This document shows, piece after piece, positions 1-11,611 of a stretch of DNA of 64,000 nt. The stretch covers positions 15,285-79,284 of the forward strand of contig NW_021833423.1 in the NCBI RefSeq assembly GCF_006345805.1, read 5' to 3'. Source of the DNA: Octopus sinensis (lineage: Eukaryota). The position numbers and the translations under genes are program-made. Each line of letters starts with the position of its first letter. Positions within the stretch are counted from its first letter, which is position 1. The notes beneath the pieces are model-generated. The model searched no databases and was not told the DNA's origin. It worked only from the letters and a program-made list of their open reading frames with translations.

Positions 1-197
1 TTCCATAGATACTACTATAATGAAAGTCCAAAACATAATATTTCTCCAAAACAAACCACAATTGAAAATAATTTAACTAATATTTTTATGAGTGAAATAT
101 ATTATTTCATCATTCAAAAGTTAATAATAAAACACTACATACTCATTTATATAACACTACTACACGCTATAATATATATATATATATATATATATTA

Positions 198-600
198 CTC
201 TTTTACTATTTTACTCTTTTACTTGTTTCAGTCATTTGACTGCGGCCATGCAGGAGCACCGCCTTTAGTCGAGCAATTCGACCCCAGGACTTATTCTTTG
301 TAAGCCCAGTACTTATTCTATCGGTCTCTTTTGCCAAACCGCTAAATGACAGGGACGTAAACACACAAGCATCGGTTGTCAAGCAATGCTAGTGGGACAA
401 ACACAGACACACAAACACACACATACATATATATACATATATACGACAGGCTTCTTTCAGCTTCCCTCTACCAAATCCACTCACAAGGCATTGGTCGACC
501 CGGGGCTATAGCAGAAGACACTTGCCCAAGATGCCACGCAGTGGGACTGAACACGGAACCATGTGGCTGGTTAGCAAGCTACTTACCACACAGTCACTCC
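198..600 (-). mobile_element. tRNA-derived SINE, family A (full length)
   Basis: The minus strand starts GGAGTGACTGTGTGGTAAG...GTGTTCAGTCCC (A/B-box-like head), followed by CTTGGGCAAGTGTCTTC, an internal (TA)/(CA) tract and an (AAAAGAGT)n tail. The same sequence recurs more than 10 times in the window. Confidence 0.85.
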
Positions 601-871
601 TGTGTTATATATATATACATATATATACCTACATACATGTATGTGTGAGTGTGTGTGTGTATTTGTATGTGTAAGTAAGATTCATTTGAATTAGTTACTT
701 AATTTAAGGCACTTCGTTAGCTCGGAATAATATACACACACAATATTATGAAAATATCGACTTTTCTCACAGGCGTACCGACAGAATGATATTCCTGGAG
801 TGCATGCAGACAATTTCACTCAGCTGAAGAGCTATTCAGACATGTATATTTTATCAAAAATACAGTTCATA

Positions 872-1745
872 CAGGAGATACCGAGTATGCGTCGTAGGCT
901 TCTGAGATGGAAGCTGTTCAGCTTTTTCACCTGACAGGCGTATGTGGCCCATGTCTCGCTGCCATACAACAGGATGCTGAGGACACAGGCATTGTACACA
1001 GCCATCTTTGTTTTCACTGTCAACTTTGGGTTTGTCCACACTTTTGGTGTGAGGCGCGCGAGCGTAGTGGCTGCCTTCCCAATTCTGGTTTCAATTTCGG
1101 CATCGAGAGAGAGGTTGTCAGTGATGGTGGACCCAAGATAGGTAAATTGATGAACAACTTCAAGTTCGTAGTCATCGATGGTGACGGCTGGTTGTGCTGG
1201 TGTGCCTTGCGCCAGAACGTTTGTCTTCTTCAGGCTGATGTCAGCCCAAAGTCCTTGCGGGACAACACCTTACTGGCTGAGGTCTGCCTATCTTGAGGCG
1301 GGCGGTAGCTGTCCAATGAGACTCGAAGATCTCTTCTACCGTCGGAAGTAACATCTGGCACCGCACTCTACGCTAATTGAGTAAAGGCTTATAACCGGTA
1401 TCTGCTGCTTCCCGTGTTGTGTCGACACCAAATAAATGGCGAAGCTGGAGTGTCCTCTCTAGGTGCAGGTGTGCATATTTAACGATGGCGTGGACGAATG
1501 TGAGCCTGGGCAATGTAGTATGGAGAAGAGATTGTTGCCGATGCAACTTTTCCCCTCTCTCCAACTCACTAACGAATCCAAAGGAACAGCGGGCTGCTAC
1601 AGTTTGGTGCCAACGTGGTCACAGGAGCTGCCAGGACGAAGCTGAAGTCAACATCGAGCTGTCTTAGGGGCTCCGACTCTTAATTTTTCTTCGATTTTTA
1701 CTGAAACCTTCCCTGTGATCAGGTATCCCGCAAGAGGATCCGATC
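872..1745 (-). mobile_element. RTE-clade LINE remnant, internally deleted and 3'-truncated
   Basis: Minus-strand translation gives KDFGLT/SLKKTNV...NPKLTVKTKMAVYNACVLSILLYGSETW...FHLRSLRRILGIS, the RTE RT C-terminal region. This is joined at about 1258 to GC-richer sequence that is probably the 5' end of the element. Confidence 0.75.
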
Positions 1746-1789
1746 ATGGAACAGGTTGTACTGGACTACGAGAGCGATATATATATATA

Positions 1790-1995
1790 GTTACGGAGAT
1801 GTACTTGCATAGCAAGTGACTTGATCTGAGATCGTGTGCTGGAACGAAAACAATTACAGCGTGGAAGGTGTTTATAAGCCATTTAAGAAACACAAAAACC
1901 GTTAGATTCACTTCAACATTTGAATTTAATTTGTCAAAATATTTTCGTCGCTGTGAGACCGCGACCTGTTCATTGACAAAACTTCGTGCAGCCAT
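1790..1995 (-). mobile_element. Probable Penelope-like pLTR remnant with hammerhead-like fold at 1930-1980
   Basis: The minus strand reads tttgtca ATGAACA g gtcgc-ggtctcaca-gcgac GAAA atat TT tgacaaa, with the 3' side next to a (TA)n tract. Confidence 0.4.
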
Positions 1996-2288
1996 TGAGA
2001 TTACTCATTAACGAATATAGATAATTTTTATAAGTTTTGTCTCTTTTACTGCCTAACAAGAAAAGAAAAAAAATGTAATTATTTAAGACTGATGACGTTT
2101 ATTTTGTTTTCTCAATAGGGTTACAATATTAATTAATTCAAAATGTTTTTCAAATATTGTAAAATGCACTTAAATACACTAACAACACTTCTAAAAGCAA
2201 ACGTCTTAACCTTCTGCAGCAAACTTTCATATCATGAGCATGATAGACATTACTATTATTATCATCATCATCATCATCGTCATCATCA

Positions 2289-2350
<62 letters not shown>

Positions 2351-2779
2351 GCACTAGAGCACTTGTGTGTATAATTATCCGAAGCTGTGGCCTTTTATCT
2401 CATGCTGAGTCTCCATCGGACGGATGTGGTCGTACTGGCTATAACAGTGGTAAAACTTTTATCAGGTGGTGATGTGGCCACGAAGTTATACTCGTAGCCG
2501 TGATGGCAATTTCCTCTGCTGTTATCGTTGTTGTTGCTGATGCTACAGTTGTTGCACTTGTTAAACGATTGGTTATCACTATAAAATCAATAAGGTGCTA
2601 ATAATTTCTTTCACCGCCAAAATGTTTTGTTGCACTTGATGAATCGATGCGAAGAGAATACAATACCGTTTACAGATGTGTATGTGTACGTAAAAATACT
2701 TACACAAATTCACACAAACACACAAACACATATATATGTATTATATGTAGGGACGTATATATGTATAAGTGTATGTATG

Positions 2780-2821
<42 letters not shown>

Positions 2822-2832
2822 AAGAGAGAGAG

Positions 2833-2907
<75 letters not shown>

Positions 2908-3021
2908 CAGATAGATAGATAGATAAATGCGCACACTAATATGAGAGGGGAGATAGATTATTTTTCTCATTAATCTTCATTATTGGTTGTTTTTTGCTCA
3001 TATATACGAGTTCACTTATGT

Positions 3022-3084
<63 letters not shown>

Positions 3085-3689
3085 CTTACATAAGTATATA
3101 TACATATATTTGTATATATTCGCATGTGTATATATATACATATATATGTACACACACACACATATATATCACTTAATGTGCATATATTTCTCCTTTCCTT
3201 TGTCACTCAATAACTATTATTATTTTCTGTGCGTGATACTAAGTCTGGTGGGGGTTCTGCTTGGAAGTGAGGTGCAAGCGGCGATTATTTAGTGCTATCA
3301 TTATTTGTAATGATATTTCGGGTGTTTGGTTTAAACTTGGTGCAGTGTCTGGTTGCTTGAATGATTTGTGTAAAGAGCATGCCTGAAATATATGCCTTAC
3401 TTTATATGTACAGACTTATATCTGCATGCGTATACACAGATATACATAGATACATAGATACACACATACATACATATATATATATGTGTGTGTGCGTGTA
3501 TGTATATATATATGTGTGTGTGCGTGTATGTATGTATATATATGTGTGTGTGTGTGTATATATGTGTGTGTATATATAATATGCATACATATATATAAAT
3601 ATATAAATGTATATATATATATATATGTATATATACATGCCTATATATATATATATATATATAAATGTGTGTGTGTGTGTATGTGTGTG

Positions 3690-3910
3690 TGTGTGTGTGT
3701 GTGTTTGTGTCTGTCCCCCCAACATTGCTTGACAAACCATGCTGGTGTGTTTACGTCCCCGTAATTTTGCGGTTCGGCCGTCAAAAGAGACCGATAGAAT
3801 AAGTTTAGGCTTACAGAGAATAAATCCTGGCGTCGATTTGCTCGACTAAAGGCGGTGCTCCAGAATGGCCGCAGTCAAATGACTGAAAGAAGTAAAAGAG
3901 TAAAAGAGTA
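3690..3910 (+). mobile_element. SINE family A, 3' half
   Basis: Reverse complement of 198-420, ending GGCGGTGCTCCAG...GACTGAAAGAAGTAAAAGAGTAAAAGAGTA. Confidence 0.8.
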
Positions 3911-3936
3911 TATATATATATATATATATAATATAT

Positions 3937-3967
<31 letters not shown>

Positions 3968-4193
3968 GAAATATTAAAATTACTAAGTCTCTATAAAAGA
4001 GATTACGGCAGCGTTTACTGGAAATTAATTGTTATCGTCATATTAATATGGCATTCTTATAGATATAAGAATAATCGCTGCCATGGTCAGCTCCATGAGG
4101 CCACCGCCATCAAGATAGCTATTGATACACGATCTGTATCCATTATAACCTTTGAACAAGGGAGGTCAGCCGCTTCACACTGCCAGTCCGACA

Positions 4194-4235
4194 GCTACAG
4201 ACGCGTTTCGGGGTATTGCCCCTTGTCAATGTAGC
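4194..4235 (-). ncRNA. Type I hammerhead ribozyme motif, U3-A8 core variant
   Basis: gctaca TTGACAA gggg-caata-cccc GAAA cgcg TC tgtagc: stem I, core, stem II, palindromic stem III and a GUC cleavage triplet. Confidence 0.75.
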
Positions 4236-4743
4236 GCAGTCAGACCCGCAGGTGTCGCCACCGACGTCTCTGTTCGAAGGCTTCTATTTACCTAGTTTCA
4301 GTGGAATACATCCACTTGTTTTCAATAATAGAAATATTAAAATTACTAAGTCTCTATAAAAGAGATTACGGCAGCGTTTACTGGAAATTAATTGTTATCG
4401 CCATATTAATATGGCATTCTTATAGATATAAGAATAATCGCTGCCATGGTCAGCTCCATGAGGCCATCGCCATCAAGATAGCTATTGATACACGATCTGT
4501 ATCCATTATAACCTTCGAACAAGGAGCTGACCATGGCAGCGATTATTCTTATATCTATAAGAATGCCATATTAATATGGCGATAACAATATATTCCAGTA
4601 AACGCTGCCGTAATCTCTTTTATAGAGACTTAGTAATTTTAATATTTCTATTATTGAAAGCAAGTGGATGTATTCCACTGAAACTAGGTAAATAGAAGCC
4701 TTCGAACAGAGACGTCGGTGGCGACACCTGCGGGTCTGACTGC

Positions 4744-4785
4744 GCTACATTGACAAGGGACAATACCCCGAAACGCGTCTGTAGC
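4744..4785 (+). ncRNA. Type I hammerhead ribozyme motif, U3-A8 core variant (second copy)
   Basis: gctaca TTGACAA ggga-caata-cccc GAAA cgcg TC tgtagc. Predicted cleavage is after 4779. Confidence 0.72.
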
Positions 4786-4999
4786 TGTCGGACTGGCAGT
4801 GTGAAGCGGCTGACCTCCCTTGTTCGAAGGTTATAATGGATACAGATCGTGTATCAATAGCTATCTTGATGGCGGTGGCCTCATGGAGCTGACCATGGCA
4901 GCGATTATTCTTATATCTATAAGAATGCCATATTAATATGGCGATAACAATTAATTTTTATATATATATATATATTATATATATATATATAATATATAT

Positions 5000-5033
<34 letters not shown>

Positions 5034-5169
5034 AATTAATTGTTATCGCCATATTAATATGGCATTCTTATAGATATAAGAATAATCGCTGCCATGGTCA
5101 GCTCCATGAGGCCACCGCCATCAAGATAGCTATTGATACACGATCTGTATCCACGATCTGTATTCTTAT

Positions 5170-5500
5170 ATATTCTTTTTATTCATTTATTTGTTTCAGT
5201 CAGGTGTCTTTACTCGCAGAAATGGTTCCTAGAACTTGTTCTTTGCAAGTCTAGTACTTATTCTATCGGATATGTTTGCCGAACTGCTAGGTCACAAGGA
5301 CGTAAACACGTCTCTATATTATATATATATATCTTACATATATAGATATACGACGGGCTTCTTTTAGTTTCCGTCTACCAAATCCGTGCACATGGGTTTG
5401 GTCGGCTGGAGGCTACAGCAGAAGACAGTTGTCCAAGGTGCCACGCCGCAGTGGGTCAGAACCTGGAAACATGATTTTGAAACAAGCTTCTTCCCACATG
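5170..5500 (-). mobile_element. SINE family A, degenerate
   Basis: Recognisable blocks such as CTAGTACTTATTCTATCGG, ACGACGGGCTTCTT and CCAAGGTGCCACGC. Confidence 0.7.
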
Positions 5501-5559
5501 CGCGCGCGCAAAAGTTACGGTAAATAAACTGTTGCTTAAATTATGCAAAAATGAAATTA

Positions 5560-6570
5560 TCACTGACATCTCATTTTAATAGATCTATTTACCAAAATTA
5601 CATAAAAATGACTTGAAATACTAAAGAACAAATTTTTTCAATAACATCGCCACCAGATGACTTCTGAATCTCCTGCAACTCTTCTGGACGATCTCCTTGT
5701 TGAAGTTAGTGAATGCTGCTATAATCCTTGCCTTCATTACATCTTTGGTGCTACAAGGAGTTTTGTTGGTCTCTCGCTCAAATACGCCCCACACATAATA
5801 ATCAAGGAGCGTTGCAGTGTGCGGTGTTAGGATTGATGTGGTCGCAGACTCTATGTCGGCGACCACGTCCAGCAGCCACCCTCTTGACTCAGGGCAGCAC
5901 TATCTCCTCCATGTACTTGATGTAGATCTCCGTACTGATTCTGAGACTGTGTGGGAAGAGGAATGGCGGCACAACGTCGCTATCACTAGCAATCACTCCA
6001 AACACAATGATATTGACTGGATGTTCGATTTTTATCACTCTTGGTACATGTCCTCAGATTGCACTGCTCTGAGATTGACAAGCAAAAACTCTGAAATGTT
6101 CGTATTGGATCTTCTGGCGTGAATGCCAAGCAGTACAGCATGTCGTTTCCAAATTTCTGGCAGAGTGAATTGAGTCATGCTACTATACTCCGTAGTCGAC
6201 AAAATCAAAGACAATGCGCATTATTGTTTATTCTTTATTCTTTACCTTGTTTCAGTCATTTGACTGTGGCCATGCTGGAGCACCGCCTTTAGTCGAGCAA
6301 ATCGACCCCACTTATTCTATCGGTCTTTTTTACCGAACCGCTAAGTTACAGGGACGTAAATACACCAGCATCGGTTTTCAAGCGATGTTGGGAGACAAAC
6401 ACAGACACACGAACATATATATATATATACATACGTCGGGCTTCTTTCAGTTTCCGTCTACCAAGTCCACTCACTAGGCCTTGGTCGGCCCAAGGCTATA
6501 GTAGAAGAGACTTGCCCATGTTCAAAATTAAAAATATAAAATGGTGACAGTTTACCCCTCGCACCCTGTA
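5560..6570 (-). mobile_element. Tc1/mariner-superfamily (maT/DD37D-like) transposon relic with nested SINE
   Basis: Minus-strand peptide LDYYVWGVFERETNKTP...KARIIAAFTNFNKEIVQKSCRRFRSHL matches a transposase C-terminus. A TIR-like end CACCCTG-TA lies at 6562-6570. Confidence 0.7.
6232..6520 (-). mobile_element. SINE family A, 5'-truncated, inserted in the Tc1/mariner relic
   Basis: High identity to 210-530. Confidence 0.8.
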
Positions 6571-6626
6571 TATGTATGTATACATATGTGTGTGTGTGCT
6601 TGTGTGTCTGTGTATGTAGGGTCAAT

Positions 6627-6724
<98 letters not shown>

Positions 6725-7859
6725 CATTTCATACGCATATATATCTGGAGTGACAAACCGACAGAGCGTGACAAATGAATATATACATTTTATACCAATT
6801 AAAATAAATTTTGTAAACAAATGTTCGGGATAAATATTTTCTATACTTTTTATGTGTGTCTACCTTTTTATTCCTACTGGAGTCAAGGTAAGATAACTAC
6901 TCTGCTGAAGACGCCTATTGATTAGAAACATGTGTCCATAGTTGTACTCTCTCCTGAAAAATACCTATTGTCCTTTCCTTAAAACCATGTGTTTCCGAAG
7001 AATTGGCATCTTTCAGAGCGTAATGGATGTATGTGGTGCTACTTCACGTTTGTTTTTGTAGGACTTAAACCCAAGTAACCTCATAATCTAAACATGATTT
7101 TGTTTAGATTACGGGGTTCGCAAATTTTCTCTCTGTAGCCGTAGATGTAAGCTGCTGGTGGAGAAAACTTATTCCGTCAGACACTACATATTTAAGTGTA
7201 AACTTGTAATTCTGTCAGACTCTGAAGCTTTTGAGTCTAGGATTTTATGGAGCTTAACTGATTGAAGAGATCGAAGCTATGATCTTGGAAAATAAAAAGT
7301 TTTCATTGTTTTCCAATCTTACTTAAGTGTTTTTTTCTTTTGTGTCTGACTTACAAAAGATGTTTGTCATGAGCTTTTCTTTTTAGCAGAGTATATTACC
7401 TGAATATCTTTGTATGATTTATTTTGTTTACTTTGGATACAAATACACATGTTTACCAATTTTCTGTCATTTATTGTTTATTTTCTTCTTTAGTTTTTAT
7501 CAAGTTCACCTTCTCAGCTGCGTAATTGATTTTTGTTATCGTCATATAGTATATGTACTACAGTATCGATATTGGTGATTGTGGTGCGTTTTCAGTTCGA
7601 AGAAACTTAATTCTATTTCTTGGTAGAAATGATAGTGCTTTTATTTTGTTCATTCATGTGTGATGGTAGGTGGTCACGTTGATGCCTATTCCTCCAGACA
7701 TTATCAAATTGAAAACACATTTTCGATAACAGATTTTTTTACTCAATATTTTACGTTCATGAATTTCCTTTCAAAACGAAGGCATGTGGAATCTCAGTAC
7801 ATTTTAGCTATCTTTTTAGAGATTGGTATGTCATACACTTATTAATTCACCTTAAATTG

Positions 7860-8500
7860 TATAATGCTATTTACTGTTAAACACTCAAGTTGATGTTATT
7901 TACAGTTGAACTCTTCAGTTGATATTGTCAACAGTTTTAAAAAGTGGTTAGTATGTTTTAGACTTATTTATTGCCCTTCAACTGTAAGATGTTCTCTTAA
8001 TGTTCCACTCTATTTCGGAGGTTGTTCATATTATCAACAGGTTTGTTATCAAAATTCATGTAAATTTACTTCTTTTCCAAATGTGCTGTAGGTATTTCCT
8101 AGATGCACTTATAGAGTGACTAAGACTGCATTAAGGTAAGTATTGATTATTTAAAGTGCCATCACGATTTTTGGTTTGGTTTTTCATATAAACTCAAATA
8201 ACGATATCGTCTATAATCTTGGTTGGTTTTGTCTTTTCCTTTTCGAAAAATAGTCTGTTATAACTTCTTGAAAGCAGTTTTAAATTACTTTTTTTATTCA
8301 TTTCATTTCATTTTTACAGTTATATATCAATCTGGTCGTTTTTGTACGGAGAAACTTTAACTATTGAATAAGTGGTAATGATGTTGGTGTTCAGGATTGA
8401 TTTATATTTGTACACTCCTTCATTTAGAGTAGGTTTTAAATAGTTTTTGGATGTCTTTTGAAAACTAATATAAACGTGAGTTGGAATATCATTTCTTAGT
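7860..8500 (-). pseudogene. Very degraded Penelope-like (Naiad-type) ORF C-terminal / GIY-YIG region
   Basis: Frameshifted minus-strand fragments KYKSILNTNIITTYS, LNNQ..LYKC and EIEWNIKR resemble the PLE motifs KIFNRNTVKVSYS, CPLNGxCL..VVY and IKWSI. A degenerate HHR-like motif is at 6895-6946. Confidence 0.35.
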
Positions 8501-8504
8501 AGGT

Positions 8505-8850
8505 AAAGTAAAGGCCTCCTTTCCGATATGAAGGGCCATGGGATTGCACCTAAAAGGTTACTCTCCGAGGCACATGTCCAGGAAAGGTTGTTTATGGAAG
8601 AGCAGCAGTCGCCCATGCATCCCAGCTTCCCCTCTCCATGCCACCAATGTTATCCAAGGGAAAGGCAAAGGTCGATACAGCTTAGCACCAGTGCCGTCGC
8701 AGCTCATTTCTGCAGCTGAGTGAACTGGAGCAACGTGAAATAAAGAAGTCTTGCCTAAGAACACAACACAACACACAGCCCAGTCCGGGAATCAAACTCA
8801 CTATCTCTAACCACTTAGCCATATGCCCGACGCTCTAACCACAAAAGTGA
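8505..8850 (-). mobile_element. tRNA-derived SINE, family D (CORE-like central block)
   Basis: Reverse-complement homolog of 44728-45047. The central block TTCTTAGGCAAGACTTC...CACTCAGCTGCAGAAATGAG is reminiscent of the CORE domain. Confidence 0.7.
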
Positions 8851-8938
8851 CTATACGCAGTTTAAAACTAAATGGCTCAAATATGCGATGAACAGTAAAT
8901 AGAAAGTGCTTTTTGGAACAGAAAATGCTCCGCTCGCG

Positions 8939-8998
<60 letters not shown>

Positions 8999-9249
8999 TA
9001 TATATATATAATGTGTGCATATGTGGTCGGATTGCGCTGAAAATATGCACACCTATGTTAAAAGTGTTAGCGAGTTTGCATGGCATCTTTGAGTTTGCTC
9101 AATTGAAATGCATGGCTACTAGGGCGAAATTCCTCATCTTTTAAAATATGGACCGCGTAGACCCGAATGAAATCGGGTTATAATACCGGAACAAGTAAAA
9201 CAATAATAAACTATTTTAATCCCGAGCAAGGCCGGGTATATGTGTCTAA

Positions 9250-9927
9250 TCTATAAAAGGAAGAAGGCGAACGTTGATACAAATTGGATTTTTATGTAAA
9301 AAGGGGTCTACACGGGGCTGGAAGGGGAGGAGTGGGTAACTTGAGGTGAGAAATTGATTGGGAGACGTTTTGGAGCGCTACAGTGGTTTCTTTGGGAATG
9401 CCTGCCATGGTGAGTCTACTGTCATGAGAAAGAATCACTTCAAAACTTGGTGTTTAGGAATTTTCTATTACATCAAGTTCAAAATTTGTGCCAGCCGTTA
9501 AACTGCCAGTACGTTGCTGTCCGTCGTTAAGAAGTTTTGAATGCGAGCCATAGTGAGTCTACTAACCTCAGATTCTATCCCTTCAAACTTTGGTTTCCAA
9601 AATTTTAAAATTTTTATTCAGCTCGCAAGTTCGTCTGTCCCTTGAAGCAGACCGTTCTGTTGTCACTGCCTGATATTTATAATTGATCTTTAAAAATATT
9701 TTCTTTCTCAAATTACTCAAGATCTTTTGTTCTTTATAAATGGGAGTGAGACAGATAAAAATAGAGAGTAAGAGAAAGCGACGGAGAGTCCGAGAGAAAG
9801 GAAGAGTAACAAAGTGGGAAAGTGAGAAAGGAGAGAGGGAGGTTGTGGCGATAAGAAACAAAAAGGAAGCAACAGAAAGTAACAACCACACACTCACCCG
9901 CACGTAGAGCGGGTCACTTTAAGCTAG
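9250..9927 (+). mobile_element. Non-autonomous Helitron-like element
   Basis: Starts A|TC at 9250. It ends with the hairpin ACCCGC-acgtaga-GCGGGT (9896-9914) followed by CTAG|T (9924-9928). Confidence 0.6.
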
Positions 9928-10241
9928 TCTCATTATAATACGCTTTATTCTTTTCTCTTCACTTCCTCGTTCAACATTTTCTATTTGACGTCTTAATAGA
10001 TCAATTCTAGATATTAAACTTTTCATAACATAATTCTAACAACTTAACCCTTGAGATAATAATTAAATGAAAATGAATTTGATAAATATATATTTTTGAG
10101 TGTGAGTATATATATATATATATAAATATATATATTGTGTGAATATACGCATGTGTAAATGTGTAAATACGTACTCAAATATATTGAAGTATAGATAGAG
10201 AAAGACAGACAGACAGAGAGACAGACAGATAGATAGATAGT

Positions 10242-10279
<38 letters not shown>

Positions 10280-10280
10280 T

Positions 10281-10367
<87 letters not shown>

Positions 10368-10848
10368 TACATATATATATATATATATATACAAATGTAT
10401 AAATACATAAATATGTATATATACATTTTAGATATTGACAACTAAGCGTTTACCAATCAGGTTTTCAAGATACATATCTTAACGGGGAAATCTTCAAACT
10501 GTTGACAATACTTGATTTTAAATATGATACAATATGATGTGAACGCTGGGGCAGGAATCGAAACATATATGTAAGTTTTTGGCACCTGCCATTTCTTTTA
10601 GAGCTTTATAATTTATAATTCATTTGTATTGTTTTTATAAAAGAACTTACACCCTCATTATATAATACAAATAAATTATTTATACATCCATAATTCTCCA
10701 TCATTTTCTTTCTGTCATCATTAACAATATGTATTACTATAATAATCCCTAATATATCGCCGAGACTTTCTCTTTAAATGATAGTGATTAACCAGTGAAA
10801 TTTTTGAAGTATTTAATCTCTAATGAGGACCTTCCATCCTAGAATTGG

Positions 10849-10886
<38 letters not shown>

Positions 10887-11611
10887 CTTTTCCGCATATA
10901 TTTAAGTTTGTTTCTACAGTGTCTTAGAAGATACAAATTAGCCATTCAAAAGCTCTCAAATCTGTTGACTTCACTTAAGCATTTATTATCTGGTATTGAC
11001 ATCGCTCTAATTGAAACCTAGTCCCTAACACATTTCAACTGCGAGGTTATTTTACTTTTGTAGAATTCCCGCTGATCCCTTATAAAGTGGCAATGTTCTT
11101 TTATTTAAATCAAAGTACTTAGGGTTTATAGTTCCTTGAATTGGAAGATGTATGCATATATGTGTGTGTGTTCACTGATAAACTTGCACTGGAATAGTGA
11201 GTGTACGTTTTACGATAGAACAAATTTGTGTGTGTGTGTGTGTGTGTGTGTTTCTGTGTATTTGTGTTTCTGTGTGTGCGTGCTTCATTACTGCTTGTGT
11301 GTACGTGCGTATATGTATTCCACATGCATATTTCATTGTTTGTATTTCATTGTATTCAACTAGGAACCTGCAGTGAAGAATCCCTGAAATGTTTTACAAA
11401 TTTTCAAACTCCCTCTCACCAATTCCATTTGAAGAATACGAATTAGCTGGCTCTACTCTGTTTTAGCGAATACGAGCTTATCTCTGTTTTTATGTCAACA
11501 TGTATTTCTGTATGTTTCTATGTACTAAAGTCTTTCTATATGTGTATCTATATTCGCGTGAATCCACACACATACACACATATTTGCATGCATGTATGTA
11601 TTATGTAAGTA

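Larger units (their letters stand above)
3966..5152. repeat. Tandem plus inverted array of a 363-nt HHR-bearing monomer (retrozyme/PLE-like), embedded in (TA)n
   Basis: TAGAAATATT recurs at 3966 and 4329 (period 363). 4022-4457 is the near-perfect reverse complement of 4523-4957. 5033-5152 inverts back again after a (TA)n spacer. Confidence 0.9.

Noticed and set aside
820-870. CTGAAGA next to the RTE truncation point
   Set aside because: Stem II and GAAA are missing.
1690-1775. HDV-like ribozyme at the putative RTE 5' end
   Set aside because: I can build only a simple long hairpin; the nested P1/P2 double pseudoknot could not be assembled by eye.
10815-10855. HHR-like CTAATGA gga..tcc tAGAA ttggctgta
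   Set aside because: Multiple core mismatches; at most a dead PLE relic.
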